Shown: one piece after another, positions 24,061-36,485 of the stretch
Numbering within the stretch: the first letter of the stretch is position 1
Layout of the letters: each line of letters begins with the position of its first letter
Assembly: GCA_000934665.2 (NCBI GenBank)
Contig: JYFJ02003573.1
Span: 1-39,985, forward strand
DNA length: 39,985 nucleotides
Reading direction: 5' to 3'
Origin: Catajapyx aquilonaris
Taxonomy: Eukaryota
Program-made: the position numbers and the translations under genes
Notes under the pieces: generated by a model
Databases searched by the model: none
Told to the model about the DNA's origin: nothing
The model's input: the letters and a program-made list of their open reading frames with translations, nothing else

Positions 24061-27000
24061 GGTGCATGGATGTGATTATCGGGTTTTTGCGGGTTTGTGG
24101 TGACGGTGCGGAGGTGTTTGGTCTTATGTGAGCCAAATTTTGGCCACAGGTAGGACCTATTTTGTTGTTAAGTGTCGGTCGTAAAATATGTGTCCTAATA
24201 TTTGAGTGTGTTTTGTCAGTAAATTGTTAGAGAGCAAGGTGCAATGGGGGTGGGTATATGCGGAATCTAATGATGCTTTTGGAAGTTCAAAATGGCTGCC
24301 GTAAGCCGGCTGGTGTTTGCATTCGACCGGGTCTCAACGTGAAGGAACTAAAGGTCTCAAATCATTCGACGACCATGTTTTGGTGAGTAGATTACTGCAG
24401 GATAATTACGGCGAGTTGTTTTTGTAAACATGTTGTTTTCTTCACTGTCTTTTCATATGCTAACAGTTCAGCGGAACATTTTACACGGGGTTCCACGGTC
24501 AATTCTTGAAGTAATAACAGGCTAATTAAACAGTAGGCCAATTTTTCTATTCTTAAAGGCCAGTTGAATTTTTACTTGTAACATATAAATACCTCCTTAC
24601 GACCTTCACAACTTGAGGATAAATACCGGCCTATCACGCGAATCCTTGCGCAATAAACCGCGTAAAGGACACTTTGTTTATTGCATTACCAATTATTTTT
24701 TCCTAACATTTCTACGCACATCTGGAATCTACAGTAAAATGATACATGTATAAATAACTATTGTTACACCAAATTTTATTTTTGTAATAATGTGGCGTCA
24801 TTTGTTTTCAATTGGTAGAAATAGGTCTTTCGCCGTATATATAGTGCACTAGTAATCTTGCATAATTTTTAAATGTTACAAACGATCCAAGTGCTTTGTA
24901 GTTACTTGATAAGATGAACTGTGAGAATAAATATTCCCCTGAAAATTGAAGAATTAGATTTCATTGCGACTTCTACGCGTCTTATGTATGAAAATGGCCA
25001 TAAATATTCCAGGCCATTTCTTACGGCATCTGGGGGAGTCTTTTAAAACCTGTGGAGTCAGCTCCCATTTTTCAAACAGAAAATTGACGTTATTTGAGTT
25101 GTTAAGCCATTGTTCTCATGGGACGAGCGACATAAAATGGGAATGAATCGCGTTTATTGTGGCTGGATTTTAATCCCTTTCTCTCAGATAATATTTGTTG
25201 CAATTAATTCAGATCTCTTCAATAGATCCTAAAATTGTTACTAATAGTCTGATTGTAACTCTGTCAATTGTATGGCAACAAATTTAGCGTCAAGGCCTAG
25301 AAATTCTATATGACGTGTTATTAAATATCAATATTATTCATTTATGTTGTTTCGTGCCTTGTAAAAGCAATGGCAAAGAACAATTTTCTTGTTTTTGTTT
25401 GTAAGGGGTTGTTTTAGGAAAGCGTAATCCCCTAAGAAAAAGGAATGGAATTCCGGATGCGTTCGAACACTTCTTTTCCCTCGAAAAACAGCAGCCACTT
25501 CGATCTGAGGCGGCGGAAAAATGCGTAACGCCGAGCAGGCATTTTGGGTAAACTCGGCATCTTTGAACTAAGCTCGTGGTGAACATTTTTCTGCCAGTTG
25601 AGCCCAGTTTTCTAAAAGCATGGGCAGGCCTAAGCGGGAAGCCGGCTTGGAATTTGCGAGCTAGGGTGTGGCACATTGTAGAAAACAGAAGTCGCCTGGG
25701 ATTTTTTTTTTATTCTTATTCTTAGAGTGGGTTTCAAGATGTGAGTTAAAAAGTGGTTCTTTAATTAAAAAGAAGCATTTTATTTTGAAAGTTGTTCCAT
25801 ATTATAGTATGGGAGCATCGCACAATTTCTTGTTTTACGAAAAGACGCGTCAAATATTAGGGCAATATTATCAATTTTAATTAATCAGTAAAATTACACC
25901 TGATTAAACTTAATACCGCTATGTTCAATTTATTACTCTGCCGGTGATAATATGTCGGGACAACGTAGAGTCGAAATCACAAATCTGAATCTCTATTAAG
26001 CATTCAAATTTATATGAGGCAATAATAATTTACCGTATTTTTTGAACTCAAAAGTGCAAATATTAACGACGCATATTATGTCGGCTGTGACGGTCCCGGG
26101 TGTCATTTGAAAACCGCTATTTTATAAGCGTGATTGCAACCGTTTTCTGAATGAAAAAGTGAGTCACTGACAGTGGAAAGCAACACATCCATGCAGCTAG
26201 GCGAGACTGATAAATGGGAGCAGAATTAATCTACTCTCAGTACTGCCGACCATCCTTGAATACAAATTCTTCCGTGCTGGCGCCAATTTTCTGCCAAACC
26301 TGCCGTTATATTGGGGAAGGACCAAAAAAAAAATATCTTGCCCTGCCGTTACTTGCTTACATGGATTACGACCCCGTTAGTCCTATTTTGAAAATCCTAG
26401 CGATGAATATTTCGTAAAGAAATCTCTTTCTATACTTGGCACAGGACCTGCTTCATTTCTCAGAATAAAAGCAACATTTTGTATTCATTCAGAAGAAGGT
26501 CGACATCAGCATACTGTATCCTAAACGTGTTTTCCTGGAGGACTCTCAGTCAGTTGGCTTTATTTTTTGTGGAGGACCCTTCACTTGAACTGTGACTGTC
26601 TCTTAAAACTGTTGGGCATTGCAGCCCTTGGGCTTCAGGGCATGCGCTTTTCCAGCTCTCTTTTAAAAAACGCTAACAAAATTAGGGAAGAGTAGAGGAC
26701 ACTTGATACCCTAATGGACCTGGTTTGAATGCAGGAGTCATTTTTAATGAGTCAGAAGCATCTTTATAGGAGGCCATCCTGCAAGTCTTTACTGGTGTTT
26801 AGTGGGATCAAGTTATATAAATCTCCCGGTCTAGAAATAGCCACGAATTCAGCTTAATAAGACTGATACTCGATCACATAGAATTGGAGTGGAAATTGGG
26901 ATGAGAAAAGATGGTGTACGTCGTCTGGGATGGGCTCGGGAACAATCAGGCGGAGGAAGGCTTCCAAGGGATTCATTTGGCGGAGTCGTCGGTCATTAGG

Positions 27001-30000
27001 TGTACAAAAGGAGGCGGAAAGACAAGGTAAGGTATGCTGCAATAACACCTTGGGCTCCCCTCAAGCCTTCAGGGAGCGATTCCTTCCATGTCCGGTGATC
27101 TGAAGAGGACATCAAAGTCCCAACCTCAGGTTGCACGGCAAGAAAATGGCAGAATTTCTCAGAGACATTCCACGGCCAAAGTCTGTACGCTTCGTCATTC
27201 ACTCATTTCACATCGAAATATTTCTGTTCTAACAGTGTGAGTTTCAAGTGTCTTTTTTTTCAACCACCACAATTTTTTTGTTGCTAATCCGGATACGTCC
27301 GGAATAAATCGCCTCTGCAGCATCTGTCGGCGAGGAATCCATTTTTAAGACATTCCTATCATGTCCCACACGATATCTATATTAATTTGAAGCAGCCAGG
27401 GAGCGATATTGAAATAATACGGGTCCAGAAAGCGATTGGGAGAGTGAATCGAAGCAAGCCTGTCGCCCGATAAAAGCGAGATGTTGCAGCCGTCAGGGAC
27501 CTACATATTAAAATAGAAAACTCGCCGTGAATTTTAATATCTCCCCGGATCATCTCTGTCGGAAAGCAGCGGTAAAATATTCAAACCTTCAATATTGCAT
27601 ATTGTTCTTTCCCTCTTCATCTCCACTATGCCATGCACCTCACCCCGTTTTTTTTATTTCTTTGGCCCGTCTTGTGCAACAGATGTGCCGGATGAGACTT
27701 TGACATCTTTTTTTTCCTGCCCACTATTATGGTGTTAGTTTTAGTATATAGGGATTGAAAGCTTGACTCTTAAAATAAATCGTTTAAATGTGCCAGATTT
27801 GCAATTATTGACAAAAAAAACATTCGAATATGGGCTATAATATACTAAACTATTGGACAGAATAATTCGTTAGATATTATTCATTTTATTTTAAGGGGTA
27901 TAAGCCTATTGGTATATGCATCGACTCTGCGACTATCAGTCAGGCGTTAGGCTTTCCTATGGAGGTTTCTAGTGGCAAAATTAGACCAAATATTAATTGC
28001 AAATTTAACTATTTATTTCTACCATAGCGTATACATTTCACTGATTTTCTACATTAAATCCCGAGTTAATATATATGTTTGAATGTGAATTGTTGATGAT
28101 TTTCGTGCCTTGAGACGGATTATTGTTCCGGGATACCGTAATGAGTCTTAGGCCGCCTAAGTAATATCTGGCACGACGTTTCCAAAATGGCTCTTGACCT
28201 GGGCTTTTTTTCACAACTTAATTGAGCTTTTCATGCTTCCCTTCAGTGCTTCTTACTCTTGTTCGGCAAGAGAGATTGAATGCGCCCTTCAATTTTGTGA
28301 CTCTATGAGACGGAAAGCAGGGTTCCACTAAATCTGAAATATTGCGCTCCTAAAACAGGTGTTGCCCTTTTTTTTCTCTCGAACGAGTCTAGATTTTATG
28401 CGAAGAAAACACTTGTTTTCTGAAGGCGGAGTCGTTTAGTGGAATCGCAGAGTGCTGTAGAGTAAATAGTATTTTGTTTGAGGCGGCCTGCAATATTGCA
28501 CCGCAATAGCAATACAAGTCAAACAGGAGAGCATATTTCATTGGGTGACCTCAACGAATGAATGAGAAAGGAATAGAAATTATGTACGCCTAGGTTATCT
28601 GGGAAGTAGAGTGCAACCTTGCGGCTAGAAAGATGTAAGTTGGCCCATTCGTTTAGTATACGGGGCAAGAATCCGGAACTTTCAAGGAAACATTTCTCGC
28701 CAAAACCTTGCCTCATTTTTCTTCTTCCTCCAAGCTCCGCAGAGAAACCTGTAAACATGCCAAGGGCTGCAATAACATGGCATAAGGAGGTTCGTTATGG
28801 CTGTTAGTACAGAATAAGCCACGAGTCTAAACTAATATCGCATGCATTTATAGGCTCTTGGACGCGGCATTTTCAGGATTGAGGCTCCCGGAGGCTCCCA
28901 AGGCCCGCCTATGATTAGGTGCAGGCATAAGTTTGCTGCCGCGAATCTCGTAGACAAAATTTTCAGGAGGACCTGCGTGAAATATGTTAATTTACGGCTT
29001 CTGTTTCTGGGCTTTCAAAGGGAGCTCGCCTTTCCCAGGAGCTTCTCCGAGAACTTGATGACGAGGTGCTGAAAGGTGATTATGACTAGGCCTGATTATG
29101 ATTATGATGGGTGTTTTGGAAGCCAATTCAGACCTTATGTTCCCCTCACGCTGGGAGCTTCCTACAGACTCTGGCGTACCTGCTCTACAAAACTTTTTAC
29201 CTGTGCTAGTATGAAAATGAGAGCAATATTATACCACCTGCTAAACCACCTACTGCCGAGAACGACCTGAAGCGAGTGCACGTTGCATGGGGATGTCTAA
29301 TACAGTCTGTTTGAAAAGAAATTCACATTCCCAAGATAATGTGGCTTTTATTCCGACCATATTTCACCACATCTCGGCTATCATAGGTTGCAGGGCTTCA
29401 AAATGATATACTTTGATAAATAAAATGCAGGGTTTCAATTAAGACATGTAATGCACAGCGACCAGCATTACATTTGACTGATTTCTAGAAATTGGTTTGG
29501 ATTTTAGAAATTCTAAATATTTATGCTGATATTTCGTTGACGAATGACCTTTAATTACAATGGGCTTAACACATTGGTAATGATCCTCATTGTCATCTGA
29601 GGTCAACTGTTAAACCCAGTCTTTGTCGTTGAGATCACCCTGTGCAGTGTTTTAAAAGAATGCGTCCATTAAACGCAACATTAACAGAAAATAATTGTGA
29701 TAACCCCGGTAAATAAGACTTCAAAAGTAACTGCTAAATAATTAACTTTGATTGGCGAAAAACTTCTAACTAAATCGGCCACTTCATCCATCGCATGTGT
29801 AAAACTCGACATTATCTGAGCAAAATATATTGAGAGCAATTGATTAGCTTCGTTAAAATCACCAATAATCAAACATTTGACACACACACTGTAGCTTATT
29901 TGAGTCAGTTATAATAACAGTAGCAATATATTTGATTATTCTTTCTGTAATATTATTGTACAGCTCATGCAGTCTTTCGGAAAAACAACAGTTTTTATAC

Positions 30001-31023
30001 AATAATTATTGACAGATACCTCGGAGGCATCACGGAAAATGGTTAAGCATGTTTTAGTACGTATTTCCAAGACTTTGGCACACGTGCAGTACTGTACAGT
30101 ATTTCGTGATTATAAAAGCCTATAACAAGCCTATATACTATATCACTTAGTTAATTAAACATACAACGGTGAATTTTGCCATTACTCCAAAAAAAACATG
30201 GGCCATAGTATACCCGTCGTAAGTAACAATCTTGGCAGCAAAAACATGGCTAAATTAGCACGATTCTAATGCCCTTTGCTGTCAAGATGAAATGCAGGCC
30301 TATGCAGTGCGAATCCGACTTTTTATTCAGTGCATTTTCCTTTCATTCTGCGAGCTGACTACTAAAGAATATTCTCCTCCTGCGGACATCCGCCCGGCAT
30401 CAACGCAGAAAAACAATTGGACTGAAATTTACAAGCCGTAAAAGGAGTGAAATAAGGGAAGCGGGGGAGGTGGGATGGAGGGTTTAAAAAAACTCCTCCA
30501 AGTTGGCCGCCAACCAAAGGCCTAGCAAGCCGTAAAAGACTGGAGCTTTATCTACCATCCCGTCCCTCCTTAAGGCCCCGTTTTCTTAAATATCCTTTCC
30601 TTTAGACCCATTTCATAAATTACACTCCCTGTAGATGCAATCCTCATAGCCATAATATCGCGAAAAATTCGTCTTAAAACGCCGTTTTGTGTGCCAGATA
30701 ACACTCGGGGTCTATAAGGCACGTAATCTTGGTATTAATTATGCATTATTTATTAAAAGTATGGGCGGGGAAATTTATGAAACCACTAAACCTGGTTATG
30801 ACAGGTAGATTATCTCGCAGCGACGACTCAATGGAGTTTGAGACATTCTATTTGAGGGAGGCAAGGGGGGCTTGTATAGGCGAAAACCCGAGGAAGAAAA
30901 ACGAGCCTCTCCGAGAGGAAATTTCGGGTCCGGTTTTAATGGGACGGATTTTAGGTTCACGGAAAGGAGGGCGTGCGGTCAAGTCCAGGTGACCTGTCTT
31001 CCCAGAGGGCATAATTTAGAGAA

Positions 31024-31046
31024 GGGGGGTGGGGTGGGGGGGGGGG
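31024..31046 (+). other. G-quadruplex-prone tract G6-T-G4-T-G11
   Basis: GGGGGGTGGGGTGGGGGGGGGGG read directly; similar G tracts near 32528-32547, 32699-32716 and 33088-33107. Confidence 0.6.
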
Positions 31047-34000
31047 AGTACCATCTTTTGTTACCAGGAAGATTAGTCAGAGTGAATTATGGAGGCGCGT
31101 GCTTCTTTTCAACTCCGTGACGGAAAAGCCCCGGATTACTTTCTAGGAAAGCCTTAGGAATGTGTTTGATGAAGAGGATCCGGAGTTGGTTGTCCTTGTG
31201 TCCCCGGCTGTTTCTGCATGAGGACAACAACCTCTCGGCCCTCGTTTTTTTTTTTATACACCCCAACCCCCCTTCTAAGCAAATCCGGGCGAAAGAAAAA
31301 GCTGGGCAAGATGTTGCAGCTTGGGGGAAAATGAGGAAAGACAAGCGCCAAGTGTTTTCAATTGCCCATCCTCCTCTGGTCTGAAGCGGGTGTTAGAAAT
31401 GCGGCTCTTCATTCCCGCCCCGTGCTCCACAGATGAGACACATGCTTTTAATGCCTGCTGGAAAACGGTGTAAGATGCTGTAAAACCAATGAATCACCTT
31501 TAAAAAGGACTATGGCTATTGAAACCGAAGACATGGACATTCACGTCCAATAGACGTCGCTTCCAATGTTTGCAAGCTGAGCATGTTTTAGTGTTTATTA
31601 ACTCATCGCCCTTGGTGATTCACGAACGTTATTAAAAACCTGAGATTTTTTTTAAATATTTCAAACCCTGTGTGTAAGCTTTTTCTATGCCGAGGACTAT
31701 TCGGCAGATCTTTCTCACGGGGTATTGTATCAAACTCCATCATTTTGATGGCAAAAAACAAGTGTTGCTCACAGAGTGAAGAAAAAGGGAGGGAGAAAAA
31801 AAACTGCCTGGATCTTCAGGAGGCGAACGTCTATAGATTTCGCTTCAGGAAATAGAGCCCGTTGCTGGTATCTGTATAGAGCTGGGAAACCCTAGGAAAC
31901 TGGAGGAAATATGAAGGACAGGCGGATCAAACAGACTCCCACTCTCCTTCTACTTGAAAAGCTTCGTATATAGCAGAATTCATCAAAGGTGGCACTTTCA
32001 CGGTAGGCACACGGATCCTTCCAATCTGCCCCCTTTTTTTTCTCCTCCTTCTTTTACGGAGGATAATTAAATGGCAACGATCCCTTCCGGCAAGCATGCA
32101 GGTCTCGCAAGGAGCGTTACTAAGGAACGGCCATGTTCTAGGAAATCACAAAGACAGCTTCAGCAGATGGATACCCTGCGAATATGTGGTGTAGAATTTC
32201 TGTAAACAAGATGCCGTATAATGGCATCGGCCTTTTTGTTCATTTTTTTTTTTCAACAACTAATAACGCAGCGTCTGTACAATAAGATTTTGAGCTATAG
32301 GTTACGTTTCTTTCGTTACAGGTCGAATATCCGGATGGTGACTGTGTATAGCATTGTGGGCAAAATAGGATGAGTAAAGGTAAGAAACACGACTTTTTTT
32401 TCTCCAGTATTTAGAGATGTATAGCATGCTGCAGACTCTTAGAAATGCAAAAAAAAAAATTGAATTCGAGAATGAATCCTGCTCGTAAATGGAGGTAGAT
32501 GTATAGACAGGATGAGTTGTGAGGTGCAGGGAAAGAGGGAGGGGGGGATCCAAAATAAGGCAATTTCTTGTTCCCCATTGCGCTCTTGAGATGATTTTGA
32601 CAATCGCACTGTCGATGGCAGAGATGTAAAATCGGGGTGACATCAGCCCGTCTCCCTGCTGCTACCATCCGGCCCCATCATTTCTCTTTTTGCATTGTGG
32701 GGGGGAGGGGGGGGGAGTTATAGCACATAAAGCTGGCCTGTCCATTTCCTGGCTGGCGCCGTGGTCTCCCCTTCTTGTTCTTGGCGAGCGGCCATTGGAG
32801 GAACGCATGAGGGCCCCGCCGAATGAGAGGCCAAGGGAGCATGAAAATCCTAAATCGAACAAAAGAAAGATCAGAATGCGCCATGGGGGCTTGCGGAATC
32901 CCGGTGGCTCGAGGGACGCCCTTATTTTGCATATGTTTAATGAAGGCAGGCCCCGGGATCCTCTGCTGGGAAGTGGAGGAATATAAAGATCACCACTGAG
33001 GCCCACCCCTCCTGAATACGGTTAGAGCCTAACTACATATAGGATGCTGGTGCCGACCCTTCTTTTTTGAAAATTCACGGAAGCATGGAGTGGAGGGGGG
33101 TGGGGGGTAGAGGAAGCGCTTCGAATTTCTGTAGGGATGATTAAGACATGATTAATGCTTTTATGCTTCGTGTCTTTTTCGTTTTGAAAAAAATTATTTA
33201 TAGATTCTGTATAAGGAAGGTTTTTTTTTCTTATTATTTTTCTCCCGGTCTGGTAAATGGAATTGGAAGCAGGAAAAGTGCAGGAAAAGGACGGAACATG
33301 TGGGCTGGTATAAAATGTCACCCATTCTCGTTTGCGCGGTAACTTAATTCGCGTCTGAGCGAGACCTGCCTGCTGGCCTTTTTAAGAGCTTCTCACAGCA
33401 AATGCGATTGGAGATATCCCGAAAGGAATCCTCCTCTCCTCCGCCCCCTCCTCAACTTCCTCTTCTTGGCTGCTGCTGTAGTTGGTGGGCGAATGGATTG
33501 TGGTAGGAGGAGAAATGGAGGAGTTTATAGTCTGAGAAAGATGCCTTGCCCGGCTGCTGCTTCTGCTTCTGCCATGGGAGGAAGGGCTTTTGGCTGGTTC
33601 GAGGGCAATGGCGGGGAAAACTGAGACGCTCCGAGGGGGATCGGGACATTGTCAAGGGTTTCTTTTCCATTAAGGAGAACTTAATATCCTTCCAGGGGGC
33701 TTTGCTCTGGAAAAGGCTGATGTATCCGCCACCGACTAGCGCTTTGTATAGATCCGGCACGATGGTGGTTTTATCGTCCTGCGCCATGGGAAATATTGGT
33801 GAATGGCCAGGAATTATCACGAAGCAGGCTGCTCCGGATGAGAATAGCCGTTGCAGTACACATTTCGCTCAGCCCTCTACGTGCCAGTTGCAAAATTCTC
33901 TCGATTGCGCACATTCACCCTTGCCGCAGCATGTCAGTTGATCTACAACCCTCCAAAAAGGGTTAAGAAATTGTGTGAAGGGCACAAAAACAGCCTCCAA

Positions 34001-36466
34001 GTGGGACAACAAAAGGGAAGCCTAATTTATTATTCTAATTGGAATCTGCTTTTCATTGGATTAACATCTCTTTTTCCGGCGCGGTTAATACCATCTCCGA
34101 CGGTGAATGTGCAGGGAGGACGCTTAGCCTTTCGGTTCGCCTTGTAACACAATACATAGTTCCACAAGGTGTTCGACACTGGGTAAGGTCAGGGAAGGGG
34201 AATGAATACATAAAAAGGACCCAAGTTTCCCCTTGGTCTTTTGTGAAGGGTGGGATGGTCCCAGAAGGGGTTTGCCAAAAGGGTGAACTTGAATGACAGC
34301 AAAAGAATGTTTGACAAAATACAAAGTCATTCGGGGAGAAAAGGAACCACGCTTAGGAATAATTTAGTAGTATGCTGACGTTCCACAGATCCCTCTCTGA
34401 TCCACCGTTGAAGTCGCCACTCCCGGTCACTCATGTGTGTGATTGTGACTAACCACAATGCCGTGAATAAACATGCGCTGAAACGAGGGCATTACATTAC
34501 ACAGGTGTGAATGTCGTGAGTGGATTTAGCATCTCCTTCCCTCACCTTCTCTCCAATTGTTTATGTCGCCCACGGTATGTATCGACGCCGCGAAAATGTG
34601 CTGTAATAATTGACAGAATGGGCGAATGTGTAGGAAACAGCATTAACGGAGCTGTCTACAGCAGTGGTGAAATCCACATCACGTAGAAACGGGTCCCTTC
34701 CCTTGCAGAGCTCTGCATCAATCTGTTTTCTGATAATTCTGGCATTGATTTTGCGGCAGGTGCGACCTGCGCGTCAATTACAACACCCGAATCTTTCTTT
34801 CTCCTGTGACCTCCCTAGAAATTTCACCCCCGCTGGGGGGGGTAAGTCTGTCTCACTCCATCCATCCATCCTAGATTGTTATATTATTTCCTTCACCACC
34901 CACCAACCCAACCGCCTTCATTTCAACCGCAACAGAACAAAATTTGGCTCCAGCTTTCTTGTCTTGGAGGGCTGCTGCTACCGCCATAACAGAAGCCCAG
35001 GGCACCGAATACCTGATGTATTTATAATTAAAGTAATGTTGAAGCAAACCTAGAGCTGCAACCATGGCAACGCTTTGCAGGACGTGCAATTAATGCATGA
35101 ATATTACAATGGGACTGGGATTGGGAGCGCCTCTTGTTCCTTCTAAGAGTGGGACCCAATTACCAGGCTGTGAATAGATCCCAGAGTTGGCTCAACGTTG
35201 ACAACGCGTCCGGGTAGCGACGTGTTCTATTTTCAGCGCGTCAGGGAATATATCATCGTAGTAGGCTAGTACTATTTACTTTGACAGCCGGTGGGTGTGG
35301 TTTGCGTTTTCACTTGGAAATATTGCACCTAGAGACGATGAGACATCTGCGGGAGGGGGAGGATGCTGTTGCCTCTCAAGAAATTACTAGTGCATTTCGC
35401 CACGTCTGTGAATCACAAAATTTTGCAGAGTGTACGCGCGGATGATTTAAGCATAAATGAGCGAGTCATTGACGCAAGTGCTGGCTGGGACAATGGATAC
35501 GAAAATACAGAAAGGGAACAGCAGCAGATGGTTTCTCTTCAGATAAACACTAACAATTCAAATCAGTCGCGGTTCTATACCTTCTCGAAGGAAAAAACAT
35601 ATTCCAGTGGATGCCAGCAATTTTGGGAGTCAGGTGCGATGTATCGTGTTATCAGGCATGAGAAGAGAGAAAAAAAAACATCGTTGTGTTTATTATCACC
35701 GGAGGAGAGGGGGAGGGACTATATTTATGACTCTAAGGAACGTTGTCCCGGTTATTACAACGTGTTTTTCCCACATATCTCCATAAGGTGGAGGGTGAAA
35801 GACCGGAAATTGCCGTCCTGGTATAAAGTACAGGCTCGACACTGCAAAAGTTTTCAATACATATTTCTTGACGTTGGGGAGGAGGTGTATAAGTAGGCAC
35901 GTAATCAAAACAAGTGCGGGTAGCTGCAACATGGCGGTTGATTTATGCAAACATGGCTCACGTTGCCAAGGCTCCATTTTCGCCCTATTATCAGCCGGAA
36001 AGTGGAATATATTTATTCAGGTGGAGGTGAGGTAGTGGAGGTGGAGGACTAGGAGGTGGTGATAACATGGCGACGTCACACGTCCCCGCCCTGTTTATTG
36101 GGAGTCGGCGGTTTTGTTAGATACATGAGGAAGAAGCCGCCAACAGGAAACAAGAAGAGGAGGGTAAGTTGGAGGAGAGTCTCCTTGAGCTCCACCATCT
36201 TGCCTTGCCAGTGTGAAGCCGCCGTAGCGGAAGCTATCAGCAGCCTACACAAGCTGTTTACAGAAGCCTTAAACGGAGGGGGCCAGGGTGAAATGGCGAA
36301 GTTTCCTGTGCCTTTTAGACTATAGGCCGACAACTCCGTGAAGCCTCTTGCTCCAACTTCATTTGACAAAGGGAACTCTGTGTTCACCAAGCAAGACTTA
36401 ATTAGAAACCCTACGCCTTTTGAATGAAATGGGGACTTGGGAGGGGCGGCTCTCCTTTTTTTTCAC

Positions 36467-36485
36467 CTCTCTCTCTCTCTCTCTC
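36467..36485. repeat. (CT)9 microsatellite / GAGA tract
   Basis: Read directly. Confidence 0.9.

Noticed and set aside
27100..27124. Hammerhead-like CTGAAGA-GGAC-loop-GTCC
   Set aside because: The required GAAA after stem II is replaced by CAAC, and stems I and III are not evident.
30715..30723. TAAGGCACG matching the start of miR-124
   Set aside because: Only 9 nt match; the rest diverges and there is no hairpin.
33375..33390. Histone 3' stem-loop-like GGCCTTTTTAAGAGCT
   Set aside because: The stem is mismatched and there is no histone ORF upstream.
35363..35896. Longest ORF (177 aa)
   Set aside because: No recognisable family, it overlaps an antisense ORF, and the length is compatible with chance in 40 kb.
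1853..35905. Recurrent TACGTG/CACGTA (HIF/Sim-type) motifs
   Set aside because: About 15 seen, roughly what base composition predicts for a 6-mer on two strands.
36028..36036. TGAGGTAGT matching the start of let-7
   Set aside because: Only 9 nt match, inside a GGAGGT-rich tract, with no complementary arm.
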